This document shows positions 28,697 through 38,526 of a DNA stretch of 43,005 nucleotides, piece by piece. The position numbers and the translations under genes were made by a program. The stretch is taken from the NCBI GenBank assembly GCA_040260805.1, contig JBDQPD010000017.1, positions 1 to 43,005 on the forward strand. Direction: 5' to 3'. The notes beneath the pieces are model-generated. The model made no database searches and had not been told where the DNA came from. It worked only from the letters and a program-made list of their open reading frames with translations. The stretch's first letter is position 1; the number at the start of each line of letters is the position of its first letter. Source of the stretch: Myxococcota bacterium (GTDB lineage: Bacteria > Myxococcota > UBA4151).

Positions 28697-28713
28697 CTCC
28701 TCCATAGGAGGAG
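28697..28713 (-). promoter_or_regulatory. Hairpin sequestering the Shine-Dalgarno of the GT4 gene
   Basis: Minus strand reads CTCCTCC-TAT-GGAGGAG, a perfect 7-bp stem. Confidence 0.45.
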
Positions 28714-28762
28714 GCGTTAGCCGAAATCATAATCGTAGGGAAGAACTTGAGCGTCTCGCGGC

Positions 28763-29776
28763 TCAATCCAAAACCCAATCGGAGAACCGATTCCAGGCGG
28801 CTTGACCGAGACGCCGATCAAGACGCACTTTTTGATGACCTGCGGCATCATAGGCAGCCTGTACGGCGCGAGCCCACTGCTTGGGGTTCCGACTCCGTTC
28901 AATCCAGCCGTCCTGCTGATGCCGAACCCGCTGACGCAAACCGTCAACGGCAGCCACCACCACCGGTAAGCCGATGGCGCGGAGCTCATCGACGACCAAA
29001 GGAGCACCCTCGGCGGAACGAGCAGGACAAATTCCAACACCGCCACCCACCTGCCGAATCCATTGCTCTGTCGGAAGCGCTCCCAAGCACTCAATGCGCT
29101 CATCAGCCTCGAGCGGCGCACGCAGCGGCCCCGCTCCGACGATAACGGCTCGCCAACCCGGGAGATAGTTTAGGATTTCAGGGATCAAATCGGGCCCTTT
29201 TTGGCGCACTAAACGCCCGACAAAGACCAGCTTCTTTTCGGCAGGCCGAGTCGGCTCCGGCTGGACATCAATCGGTACCGGAATGACCTGAGTGCGCTGG
29301 CGAAAGCGAATCGGCACGTGCCGCAATTGATGCTCGCAGACCAACGCGATGGGGTGCGCTCGGCCAAGAGCAACGCCTGCGCCAGGCAGGCGCAGCCCAG
29401 AGCCATGACACCACGTTCTAAGCCGCTCTGCAGGGACCCCGTGGGCTTGCGCCATCAGCGGAAAAGGGACCGCCCAATGACTGAGCACCCGATCAGCAGC
29501 TCGCCAGTTGGGCTGGCGGGCTAAGAGCCGTTCGATGATCTGCGCAGCCAACAAAGGACGACGCTTTAATCGCGCCAGCATACCCCCTTGACCCTCATCG
29601 AGCTGAGGTCCCAAGGCACGCACCCGTGCGCCGGCTAACTCGACCCCGGGCTCCAGGGGATAGACCGTGAGCTCTGCGCCTCGACGTTGCAGAACTTCGC
29701 AGCTTCTTAGAACAAAAGAACCGCCCGGGTCTGAGCGGTGTTTGGGCCATGAGCTGGTCAGGACGGCCACCTTCAT
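28763..29776 (-). CDS. Glycosyltransferase family 4
   Basis: MKVAVLTSSWP, LVFVGRLVRQKG, EGAPLVVDE...GLPVV. Confidence 0.85.
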   Translation of the reverse strand: MKVAVLTSSWPKHRSDPGGSFVLRSCEVLQRRGAELTVYPLEPGVELAGARVRALGPQLDEGQGGMLARLKRRPLLAAQIIERLLARQPNWRAADRVLSHWAVPFPLMAQAHGVPAERLRTWCHGSGLRLPGAGVALGRAHPIALVCEHQLRHVPIRFRQRTQVIPVPIDVQPEPTRPAEKKLVFVGRLVRQKGPDLIPEILNYLPGWRAVIVGAGPLRAPLEADERIECLGALPTEQWIRQVGGGVGICPARSAEGAPLVVDELRAIGLPVVVAAVDGLRQRVRHQQDGWIERSRNPKQWARAVQAAYDAAGHQKVRLDRRLGQAAWNRFSDWVLD

Positions 29777-30450
29777 CGCCAGCGCTCCCGAAGGGCGAGT
29801 ACGAGCGCCAGCAAAACCGCAGGCGCTCGATGCAAGCCATGGTGGCTAACGCCGCTTTCAGGATACCGTGAGGGCACCGCTCGATGCTCGATCCGGCCCC
29901 CTTGCGAAGCGACCGCAGCCGACAGATGCATGGGATACCCAAAGCCGCGCCAAAGATAAGCGGGTGCTTTCGTCAATCGCAGCGCAACGAAGCCACTCAA
30001 AGGGTCTCGGATGGCTGTACGCGCACAAAATGATGAGGGTAAGGTCAGGGCGTTGGCGGCGAAGCGACGAAGCCAGGGCATCGTATCGCCGCCGCTCGTC
30101 TGCTCTAAGCGACTCCCCCGAACCAAATCGACGTCCTCGTTGAGCAACGCAAAGAGCTCAGGGATCTGTGTGGCGTCCATCTGACCATCGGCGTCGACAA
30201 TCACCGCATAGTCGGCGTCGAGTCGTCGAGCATAGCCCAGTCCTGCAAAGACAGCTCCGCCAGGACCTTGGCGAGCTTGACGCACGACGTGCGTCTTCTC
30301 ATGAGCCTGAGCCACCTCTGATGTGTGATCGGTCGATCCATCGTCGACGACCACCATGTGATCAACGAAGGGTGCCACATCAGCTAAGGTGGCTGACAAT
30401 CGATCAGCAGCATTAAATGCGGGGATAATGGCACAGCGAATCATGGTCAC
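29773..30450 (-). CDS. Glycosyltransferase family 2 (DPM1/ArnC-like)
   Basis: IIPAFNAA, VVVDDGSTD, DADGQMD, GSR, DPLSGF. Start is GTG 30450 (overlapping the upstream stop) or ATG 30444. Confidence 0.9.
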   Translation of the reverse strand: MTMIRCAIIPAFNAADRLSATLADVAPFVDHMVVVDDGSTDHTSEVAQAHEKTHVVRQARQGPGGAVFAGLGYARRLDADYAVIVDADGQMDATQIPELFALLNEDVDLVRGSRLEQTSGGDTMPWLRRFAANALTLPSSFCARTAIRDPLSGFVALRLTKAPAYLWRGFGYPMHLSAAVASQGGRIEHRAVPSRYPESGVSHHGLHRAPAVLLALVLALRERWR

Positions 30451-32075
30451 GGCATGCTTGATAAACGGCGAATATTCCAAAGCAAAATTGAGTGACCGAA
30501 GTGACCGACTGGCTCTTGTGATTTGAGCCAATCGAGACAGCCGACCGGGACATGCCGCTCGGGGCGCTGCAATTCGCTAACGTGAGCCGCAACCCAACCG
30601 ATGACCGGCTCACAGGGGGGTTTACGATAACGGATACCCCAGGATTTAGGCTGCCCATGGTAGCGCGCATACCAAATCCATTTGACCTGATTTTTTTTCT
30701 GCCACTCACCCAGCTGTCGCTGACCTTGTCCCCAGTCTTTTCCATGGACGAGATGCGCCCAGCCCTTCTGCGGACCTCCCGCTAAAGGATTGAAGAACAT
30801 CAAATAATTCGGACCGAACCGGTGCACCGAAAAGGCGAGCAAAAGAAACGCAGCCGCTAGCGCTGGCCTGGCGATGGATGATCGCTTCCAAACCCAAGCC
30901 AAGCACACGCCTAGGTACCCTACCCACAGCGGTAAGCCTGGCAAAAGATACTTCAAGCCACCCTGCGCGGGGGTAATCAGCGAGAAATAGATCAACCACC
31001 AAGCGGGAAGAACCAGCAGTCCGTAAGCCGCTATGGGGAGCCGCCTGCGCCACAACAAAACCAACCCGAGGAGCCCGAACACCAATCCGATGAGCGGTGT
31101 TTCGTACGCGATCGAGTGCAGATAAAAAGTACGCCATCCGCGATGACGGATCTCGCCATTGAGGAAGCTGTGGTGGCCACCGCGAGCGTGCATCGCCTGA
31201 AAGCCAACGCCCGAGAGGTAATCGTATAAGGGCACCGGCAGACCGGCGGCTGGAACCACCGCCTTTAGGACTCGGCGCCCTCCCACCAAATTCGCAAGAT
31301 GGTCGTGCAGACCATGGTCGAGCGCGGGCTGGGTCAAGCGCACGACCTGGAAGTCATAACTTGCCCACAGCGAAAGCGGCGTCAGCAGGCAACCGATCAC
31401 CGCAAGCTCAGCGATCGGTCGGCGCCAATTCCAGCCCTTTCGGATCCGCCAAGCGACCACGGCGAGCGCCGGGATAGGCAGGATCAATGCCGTGCTTTTC
31501 GCGAGCATTGCCAGGGTCAAGCTCAAGGCGACGGCGCAGGCTCTGATCCGAGTTGAGCGTTCGAGCCACAACCAAAACATCAGCGTGACCAGCAAGGTGG
31601 TCAAGGCTGCACCGGCATCTAAAGTGGCGATGCTTGAGTGGGCTAAAAACAACGGGGAACAGGCTAACAAGCCAGAGGCGAACAAGCCACTAAGCGCGCC
31701 GAAACGCAGCGCCAAAAAACCGAAGAGAAGCAGGGATGTAACGAGCGAAAAACCAATATTGACCCAGCGCGCAACCCGGAGGTTTCGCATCATCCGGTCC
31801 GGTGGGTGACTCCAGAGCGAGTCTTCCCAGCTGTCGCGCTGACCATGGCGGACTTTGGGCTCGAATGCATCGAGCGCGGCCGCCATGAACCACTTGGTCA
31901 ATGGAGGCTGTTCACGATTCACCCGATCCCGCCCAAAGCGAACCATTCGGGTCGAGGCTGCGAGATAGGTGGATTCGTCCACCGTATCGCTGTGAAACGA
32001 TGCGGAGCGGTCGAGCGCTACGGCCTGAAGAGTCAGCGTGACTGCAAGAGCAGCACCGATCGCCACGCGCTTCAT
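30447..32075 (-). CDS. GT-C membrane glycosyltransferase (ArnT/GT39-like)
   Basis: TVDESTY, EQPPLTK, ATLD, AKST, many TMs, DWGQG C-terminal region. Confidence 0.85.
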   Translation of the reverse strand: MKRVAIGAALAVTLTLQAVALDRSASFHSDTVDESTYLAASTRMVRFGRDRVNREQPPLTKWFMAAALDAFEPKVRHGQRDSWEDSLWSHPPDRMMRNLRVARWVNIGFSLVTSLLLFGFLALRFGALSGLFASGLLACSPLFLAHSSIATLDAGAALTTLLVTLMFWLWLERSTRIRACAVALSLTLAMLAKSTALILPIPALAVVAWRIRKGWNWRRPIAELAVIGCLLTPLSLWASYDFQVVRLTQPALDHGLHDHLANLVGGRRVLKAVVPAAGLPVPLYDYLSGVGFQAMHARGGHHSFLNGEIRHRGWRTFYLHSIAYETPLIGLVFGLLGLVLLWRRRLPIAAYGLLVLPAWWLIYFSLITPAQGGLKYLLPGLPLWVGYLGVCLAWVWKRSSIARPALAAAFLLLAFSVHRFGPNYLMFFNPLAGGPQKGWAHLVHGKDWGQGQRQLGEWQKKNQVKWIWYARYHGQPKSWGIRYRKPPCEPVIGWVAAHVSELQRPERHVPVGCLDWLKSQEPVGHFGHSILLWNIRRLSSMP

Positions 32076-32077
32076 GG

Positions 32078-33604
32078 TCAGCGACCCAACACCCGCCGCA
32101 CCAAGGCGAGGTCGTCGGCCCCAAGCTCACGCGTCGCCACCAAGAAGATCAGATTAAATCCAGCGACGACCGCTAGGGCAATAATCCCTTGAACTAAGCC
32201 ACTCGGCTCCCAAAGAAGCGGAAGCAAAAGCGTCAGTGCGACGCCCAAACCCACACGCAATGCGGTCGGTAAGGCGAGTGAAGCACCAAACTGGTGGCGC
32301 ACCACGAAGAGCGCAACCAGCGCCCCAAACCATAAGGCACCTACCGACGCTCCGGCCGCGCCTAAAACACCACCAGAGCGGACACCGATCGGTACGAAGA
32401 CCGCAGCGGCTAGAGCCATGAGAGCCACCAAGCCCCATGCCACCACCGGGCGACCCGAGGCGTTAAAAATGTTCATGGTGATGGTGACGAGCGCAAAAGC
32501 CATCTGCCCTAGACATAAGAAGCGCAGAATCGGAACTGCCGGTTCATAAGCGGGGCCAAACAACACCGGCAACAAGGCTGGCGCAGCTACAAAGATCCCA
32601 GCGCTGGTCACTGCGGCGAGCCCAAAGGTAAAGCGAGTTGCGTTGTGAATGTAGCGTTTGACCGCTTCTGAGTCGCCAGCAAAGGCCACGGTACTCATCA
32701 AAGGAAACAGGACCAAACTGATGCCCATGACAATGAAATAAGGCACCCGGGCGAAGTCCATCGCTGCGCTGTATTGCCCGACGACCGCCTGACCAAGTTC
32801 GCCACCACCAAAGACCGCAGCGTTGCCCTTCACGACCAGCAAATCGATCTGCTTGAGGAGCTCAAAGGTCAGCGTATAAAGGATAATACCGCCAGCAAAC
32901 CGAGCGATGGTTGAGCCCTCAAAGTTGCGCGCCTCGTTCGCCTGCCTTCGCAACCCTCGGGTACCCCAAAACGCCGCGATGGTGATCACCGCTGCGGCGG
33001 AAGCCCAACCGAGCAAACCGCCGACCGCAGCACCATTCTCCATGCTAACGAGCCGCGGGAAAATCAGCGCTCCTGTTACAATTAGCCCAAGCTTCAAGAC
33101 GCTAAAGCTACCATCGAGTAAGGCTTGGATATTAAAAGCTCGCATCCCGTTCACGGTGCCGAGCAGATGCGCATAGACCCCGTAAAATACAGGGATCAAA
33201 AAGGCTGCGCGCAGCAGAGGAACCAGCGCCGGATCATTTAGACCCGCTGCGATGGCTGGCGCGAGCGCTTGAGCACCGACGCCGATCATAAGAACCAGCG
33301 GCAAGGCGCGGCGCGCAACGTACGCAACCAGCACACCGGCTGCGGCTCGATGCTCGGCGCCAAACTTAGAGACCACCTGCAAAATACTCAGCAAGACGGC
33401 TTGCGCTAGAATCGACATGGTCTGAGCGGACACTCGGTACCGTCCAAACTGCGCTGGGTCCTGCGCACCGGCTGCGTCGAGAATGATGCGCGGCATAATC
33501 AAGGTTAGACCCAAACCTGACACCAGAAACATGGCCTTGGCTCCGGCGATCGCAAGAGCGCCACGGCCAGCTTGTTTGACGATGTCCTCTGGGGGCTGAC
33601 TCAT
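32078..33604 (-). CDS. Oligosaccharide flippase (Wzx/MOP family)
   Basis: ~12-14 TM helices, FGRY, VGQYSAA, LFG..YEPAVPILRFL; glycosyltransferase context. Confidence 0.85.
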   Translation of the reverse strand: MSQPPEDIVKQAGRGALAIAGAKAMFLVSGLGLTLIMPRIILDAAGAQDPAQFGRYRVSAQTMSILAQAVLLSILQVVSKFGAEHRAAAGVLVAYVARRALPLVLMIGVGAQALAPAIAAGLNDPALVPLLRAAFLIPVFYGVYAHLLGTVNGMRAFNIQALLDGSFSVLKLGLIVTGALIFPRLVSMENGAAVGGLLGWASAAAVITIAAFWGTRGLRRQANEARNFEGSTIARFAGGIILYTLTFELLKQIDLLVVKGNAAVFGGGELGQAVVGQYSAAMDFARVPYFIVMGISLVLFPLMSTVAFAGDSEAVKRYIHNATRFTFGLAAVTSAGIFVAAPALLPVLFGPAYEPAVPILRFLCLGQMAFALVTITMNIFNASGRPVVAWGLVALMALAAAVFVPIGVRSGGVLGAAGASVGALWFGALVALFVVRHQFGASLALPTALRVGLGVALTLLLPLLWEPSGLVQGIIALAVVAGFNLIFLVATRELGADDLALVRRVLGR

Positions 33605-35694
33605 CGAATGTCCTTGGTGGTGGCATGGGCAATACGCGCCGAGAGGTTCACGCTATCAAGCGTCACGCTTAATGGGTCACCCAAAGTCATCGCTTTGCCG
33701 TTTTTAAGCTTGAGTTGTTGATGCGCGACATCGAACTCGACGCGTCCACGCGGGAGGTCCTCTCGAGCCACGACCACCGTAACCGGCGGACTCAGCAACC
33801 GAACGTAGACCCCCTTGGCAGCGATGCCGTCGATGACCCCGTCAAAATTCTCCCCCTCGCGCCCCTGCAGTAAGCGACAAGCGTACAAGCGGTGGGCGGC
33901 TCGCTCGACAGAGACGCTCCGGATCTCCGCAGACGACGCATCCTCACAGAAGGTCTCTAAATCGCTATCTGCCGCCAACGGATGCCCTCGGTCGCCTAAA
34001 TGGTAGCGGATGGCGCGGTGGACCAACAAATCAGGATAACGCCTGATCGGCGACGTAAAGTGGAGATAGTTTTCTGAGCTCAAGCCCCAGTGCCCAAGCG
34101 GTTCAGCATCGTACTGTGCTTTGCTCATCGCTCGAAGGAGGATTTGGCTCAGCACCGGTTTAAGCGGGTCATTGCCCAGTTTCGCCATCATTTTGTTCAG
34201 CTTGCCGGGCGTCGGCGCCCCCGTTGGCTTTCTCAAACCCAAGGTATCAGCGATGGCCAAGAAGCTGGTCAAACCCGTCGATGAGGGTGGCTCGTGCACG
34301 CGCCACGGTACCGGTGTCTCGCGGTCCAGCAAGCGCCGCCCCACCTCTTCGTTGGCGGCGATCATGCAGACCTCGACGACGCGCTCGGCAAAGCGCTGAT
34401 TACGCTCAACCACTGCGATCGGTTCACCCTCATCGTCGAGCTGAAAGCGGAGCTCGCCACCAGCGATCTCAAGCTGACCTCGGCGGCCGCGAGCAGCCAT
34501 CAAAAGGCGTGCTGCTTCGCACAAAACCTTCGTCGACTCTCGCAGGGCCTTATCGTCAGGCAAAGCAGACTCATCCCCGTCGACAAAGGCTTGCACCTGA
34601 TCGTAGTTCAAGTCGGCGCGAGAGTTGATCGTACCCAAACCCCAGTCACCGCTGATGACATCACCTTGGTAATCGATTTCGAGGCGCATATAGACTACCG
34701 GTCGATCGACCCCAGCGCGAAGCGACGCCGCATCGGCGCTGAGCCATTCGGGCAGCATGGGCAGAACTCGGTCCGGTAGGTACGTCGAACAGCCTCGCAG
34801 CAAACCGTACCGGTCAAGATCCGAACCTGGCCGGACAAAGCCGGCAACGTCAGCGATCGCGACCGTAATTTCTGCGCCACGATCAGTCCAGCGGGCGTAG
34901 AGGGCGTCGTCGTGATCCCGTGCATCGGCAGGGTCGATCGTCGAAAATGCTAAGTGCGTGAGATCATCACGAGTCGCTCCGCCATCCTCACAAGGGCTTG
35001 GACCCGGCTCGGCTTCTTGACTGATCCACTCCAAGCCATGCTCAGCCAGCAGCCGCTCGATCTCGACGGTAAAACCCGCCCCGTGCTCGAAGATCTTTTC
35101 GAGTTCGGTCACCAAGGTCGAGGTGCCCCCCTGCCAGCGCGGCGCCTCCATGCCGACGATCTTGACGCGCACCATCTGGCCGTTTTCCAGATCAGACCGC
35201 TCGGTACGCACCTCGATCGGCATCTCAATGCGGCGGTCTTCAGCGTCGAGAATCCAACGCTCATGACCCGGAATCAAACGTCCGATCAGGCGCTTTCGAT
35301 GGCGCTTGATCAAGCTCAGGTTGACCCCTTCAGGCCCCTTTCTGCCCGGCACGATCTCGGCCTCAACTTCATCGCCGTCCATGAACCCATTAAAGCCGCC
35401 TGGTGCGACAAAGGCCGAGCGACCACCACGTCCATCAATAAAGGCGAAGCCACGAGGAGAGACCTTGAGCCGCCCCCGTAGGGTCTTGCGCCTACGCGCC
35501 CGCAAGCGCTGCGCCTCGCCCTTGCTTAGGACGCCGCGACTTTGCTGACTCTTGAGCCAAGCACGAAAGGCGCGCCGGTCGCCCGGCTCAATCTCCATGG
35601 CGTGAATGAGCTGAGCTGGCGTCAAGCCGTAGCCATCAGTTTGCTCTAAAAGAGCGAGCATCTGCTCGCGGTCGAAGGATGTTTTTTGACTCAA
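33601..35694 (-). CDS. rnr: Ribonuclease R (RNB family)
   Basis: Cold-shock domain (RGFAF), TIDPADARDHDDA catalytic motif, HFTSPIRRYPDLLVHR, C-terminal S1. Confidence 0.92.
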   Translation of the reverse strand: MSQKTSFDREQMLALLEQTDGYGLTPAQLIHAMEIEPGDRRAFRAWLKSQQSRGVLSKGEAQRLRARRRKTLRGRLKVSPRGFAFIDGRGGRSAFVAPGGFNGFMDGDEVEAEIVPGRKGPEGVNLSLIKRHRKRLIGRLIPGHERWILDAEDRRIEMPIEVRTERSDLENGQMVRVKIVGMEAPRWQGGTSTLVTELEKIFEHGAGFTVEIERLLAEHGLEWISQEAEPGPSPCEDGGATRDDLTHLAFSTIDPADARDHDDALYARWTDRGAEITVAIADVAGFVRPGSDLDRYGLLRGCSTYLPDRVLPMLPEWLSADAASLRAGVDRPVVYMRLEIDYQGDVISGDWGLGTINSRADLNYDQVQAFVDGDESALPDDKALRESTKVLCEAARLLMAARGRRGQLEIAGGELRFQLDDEGEPIAVVERNQRFAERVVEVCMIAANEEVGRRLLDRETPVPWRVHEPPSSTGLTSFLAIADTLGLRKPTGAPTPGKLNKMMAKLGNDPLKPVLSQILLRAMSKAQYDAEPLGHWGLSSENYLHFTSPIRRYPDLLVHRAIRYHLGDRGHPLAADSDLETFCEDASSAEIRSVSVERAAHRLYACRLLQGREGENFDGVIDGIAAKGVYVRLLSPPVTVVVAREDLPRGRVEFDVAHQQLKLKNGKAMTLGDPLSVTLDSVNLSARIAHATTKDIR

Positions 35695-35712
35695 GAGCTT
35701 AAAAGTTCCCGT

Positions 35713-35741
35713 TTGACAGGCTCAATCCCAAGGTCTAGGTG
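35713..35741 (+). promoter_or_regulatory. sigma70 promoter of tRNA-Leu(CAG)
   Basis: TTGACA-17 nt-TAGGTG followed by a GC-rich discriminator. Confidence 0.55.
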
Positions 35742-35766
35742 AGCCCCGCCTTGTTGGTCCCCGTGT

Positions 35767-35853
<87 letters not shown>

Positions 35854-35856
35854 GCG

Positions 35857-35889
35857 AAGCGGCGATGTATCGCCGCTTTTGTTGTTTTT
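35857..35889 (+). terminator. Intrinsic terminator after tRNA-Leu(CAG)
   Basis: AAGCGGCGA-TGTA-TCGCCGCTT stem followed by TTGTTGTTTTT. Confidence 0.8.
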
Positions 35890-35923
35890 GCGCCAAAGGG
35901 CAAGGTGCGAATGCTGTAGACTG

Positions 35924-36331
35924 CTAAAGGGAATAACGAGAGGCCACCATCGCTAAGGTGCCAAAGATCGCTGCGATGCCCCCAACAACGAGCGCCATCG
36001 CCAAGGGACTGCCCTCTCGACCCCAATCATAAATCTTGGGGCCCAGGACCGCAGGAACCAAAGCGGTCAACCACCAGGGCTCATGAAAGACGCCTGGCTC
36101 GGCCGCAGGCGAAAGGCGCCACACCTCCGTCAGGATCACAACGATCAACGGACCCGAGGCATGGCCGAGCAAAACGCTGTAATACGGATTAGGGAGCGTC
36201 GAAATACTGAGTAAAGCGTACCACACCAGCACCCAGGCTAGGACCAAAGGAAACGGAAGCTCCAAAGCACTCATGTTGAGCAGCTCTTTATACCCCTCAG
36301 GATTTTCCATCATCTGCCGCAGCAGATCCAT
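35924..36331 (-). CDS. Small 4-TM membrane protein, unknown function
   Basis: Hydrophobic ORF filling the gap between the two tRNAs; start uncertain. Confidence 0.65.
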   Translation of the reverse strand: MDLLRQMMENPEGYKELLNMSALELPFPLVLAWVLVWYALLSISTLPNPYYSVLLGHASGPLIVVILTEVWRLSPAAEPGVFHEPWWLTALVPAVLGPKIYDWGREGSPLAMALVVGGIAAIFGTLAMVASRYSL

Positions 36332-36456
36332 TGTGGATTCAAGCACAGACGGTCTCCGAGGCGATCATAGAGCAAAACACGAACTCAAACACCTCTCAAG
36401 TCACCCTCTTCGGACTTGAAGCAATGCCCGACTTCGGGCAGTGGTCCAAAATCGAT

Positions 36457-36545
36457 GCTCACCTGGCGGAACTGGTAGACGCCGGAGACTTAAAATCTTC
36501 TGGGCTTGATAGCCCGTCCGGGTTCGAGTCCCGGGGTGAGCACCA
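36457..36545 (+). tRNA. tRNA-Leu (anticodon TAA); probable integration site
   Basis: GCTCACC/GGTGAGC acceptor stem, GGAGA-CTTAAAA-TCTTC anticodon arm, long variable arm, GGTTCGAGTCC, CCA. Confidence 0.97.
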
Positions 36546-36649
36546 CTTGGGGGTCCAAACAAACCCAGGCAAGGATAGTAAGCTCTTTATATTACTCTCC
36601 TTTATGCCTTTTGCAATATCAACCAGGACCGCTAAGGTCCGTTGACTTC

Positions 36650-36719
36650 CGGTATTTCTGACGGTATCCGTGGCGGTATCCTAAGCTTTCCGGACATCTA
36701 ACGCGGCAAAATACCGTCA
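36650..36719. repeat. Putative integrase arm-type sites
   Basis: CGGTAT at 36650, 36662 and 36674 (12-bp period), plus inverted ATACCGTCA at 36711. Confidence 0.65.
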
Positions 36720-36755
36720 ACTTGGATCCGGCGCCCTCATCATGGAGGTCGATCG

Positions 36756-37937
36756 ATGCCGCTGACGGCAATGCAAGTTAAAAACGCTAAAGCCACTGAA
36801 AAAGCCAAGAAAATATCAGACGGACGAGGTCTCTATCTGCTGTTGACCCTACGCGGCAGCAAACTGTGGCGCTTTGACTATCGGTTTGATGGCAAGCGCA
36901 AAACTCTAGCGCTGGGTTGTTATCCAGACGTAAGCCTGTCTGAAGCGCGTTACCAACACGAAGAGGCGCGGCGTTTGCTGGCGCAGGGCCAAGACCCGAG
37001 CACCGTCAAGCAACAGGCGAAACAGGCGCAGCGTGCCGCCGTTGCCGATACCTTTGGCGCCGTCTTTGAAGAGTGGTTTGCCAAGGATAAAGACAAATGG
37101 GTTGCGGCGACCCAAAATTACAAACGTCGGCGCATGGATGCCGATGTTCTGCCTTGGTTAGCGCACCGGCCACTGGCTGAAATTCGAGCCCCCGAGTTGC
37201 TTGCTGTTTTGCGGCGTATTGAAGATCGCGGCGCCCTTGAGATGACCAAGCGGGTACTCAATTTATTGGGCGAGGTCTTTCGATACGGCATCCAAACGGG
37301 CCGCATTGAAGTCGATCCCTCACGAGCCTTGGGTGGCGCCATTAAGACGCGTCGAGTGCGACATATGGCGGCATTGACTGACCCGGCTGAAGTCGCTGCT
37401 CTGCTGCGCGCAACGGCTGCGTATCGTGGGAGTTTCCCCGTTCAGATCGGCTTACGGTTAGCGCCTTTATTGTTCGTTCGCCCTGGGGAGTTGCGCGCTG
37501 CGCGCTGGGAAGATGTTGATCTCACCAAGGCGCTGTGGAGCTTTACGGCGTCAAAGACTGGCTATGCTCATATCGTTCCCCTAGCCCATCAAGCGATTGC
37601 GCTCTTTCACGAGTTACTGCCGCTAACCGGCCATGGCGAACTTGTCTTCCCCTCAGCGCGCAGCAACGCCCGCCCGATGAGCGAAAATACACTGCGCGCA
37701 GCGTTGATAGCCTGTGGCTACGATGGAACTCGGCATACAGTGCATGGTTTCAGGGCGACGGCGCGCACCCTGCTCGACGAGGAGCTCGGCTTTGCGCCGC
37801 ACCTGATCGAGCACCAGCTCGGGCATCGGGTCAAAGACGCGCTGGGGCGAGCGTACAATCGAACGAAACACTTACCGGCGCGGCGCGAAATGATGCAGCG
37901 CTGGGCAGATTATCTGGAGGATTTACGAGATGCCTGA
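36756..37937 (+). CDS. int: P4-family tyrosine integrase
   Basis: Arm-binding N-terminus (SDGRGLYL...LALG.YPDVSL.EAR); catalytic R (VRPGE), HGFR, LGH, AYNR. Confidence 0.96.
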   Translation: MPLTAMQVKNAKATEKAKKISDGRGLYLLLTLRGSKLWRFDYRFDGKRKTLALGCYPDVSLSEARYQHEEARRLLAQGQDPSTVKQQAKQAQRAAVADTFGAVFEEWFAKDKDKWVAATQNYKRRRMDADVLPWLAHRPLAEIRAPELLAVLRRIEDRGALEMTKRVLNLLGEVFRYGIQTGRIEVDPSRALGGAIKTRRVRHMAALTDPAEVAALLRATAAYRGSFPVQIGLRLAPLLFVRPGELRAARWEDVDLTKALWSFTASKTGYAHIVPLAHQAIALFHELLPLTGHGELVFPSARSNARPMSENTLRAALIACGYDGTRHTVHGFRATARTLLDEELGFAPHLIEHQLGHRVKDALGRAYNRTKHLPARREMMQRWADYLEDLRDA

Positions 37938-38526
37938 AGAGACGGGACCTTATGCTTGGAACAAGCCAAGAGTGTACAACGACGAACAGCAGTCAGAGGC
38001 GAAAGCGGCGAACGGAACGCTGACTGCGGAGATGGCATCTCCTTGGTTAGAGGAGGGTGTGATGTGGAGCGCTGGTAATGCGACGTGTTTATTGCATCTT
38101 GGTAGGCCACCGCACCTAAACTGCTCAAAATTGGAAGCTGGCGAGTTGTTCAGGATCGTCGAGGCAGTGGAACCTAACATTGATGAGGTGTTTGACGACC
38201 CAAGATTGAGCCTGCCGGGAGTTGATTGGTTAGCCATTTGGCGTCGGGCTGGCAGAGCACTACCGAACCACCTCAGCGATGAGCAGGTGGCTGAAAATAG
38301 TCCTGAACGTCTTCATCACTGGATAGCGCTTTTGACGCGCGCGCTGATGGAGGAGGATGGAACGGCGACAAAGGAGCGAGCGCATCAGATCATCGAAGGT
38401 TACATGAGCAGGCATGAACTTGAATTGCGAGGGTTTGGTTTGTCTAGCTTTTACGATATCCTGAAGGATTCGGAGAAAGAACTCGAGAAGCTTTGTAGGA
38501 AGTATGGGGTTTCCGTTCCAAAGTAG
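37930..38526 (+). CDS. Hypothetical protein (island accessory gene)
   Basis: 198-aa ORF overlapping the int stop, GGAGG RBS, visibly AT-richer than the host genes. Confidence 0.7.
   Translation: MPEETGPYAWNKPRVYNDEQQSEAKAANGTLTAEMASPWLEEGVMWSAGNATCLLHLGRPPHLNCSKLEAGELFRIVEAVEPNIDEVFDDPRLSLPGVDWLAIWRRAGRALPNHLSDEQVAENSPERLHHWIALLTRALMEEDGTATKERAHQIIEGYMSRHELELRGFGLSSFYDILKDSEKELEKLCRKYGVSVPK

Noticed and set aside
27973..29145. Long antisense ORFs (244 aa and 132 aa) opposite the GT4 genes
   Set aside because: R/P/Q-rich shadow frames typical of GC-rich DNA; the opposite strand has clear motifs.
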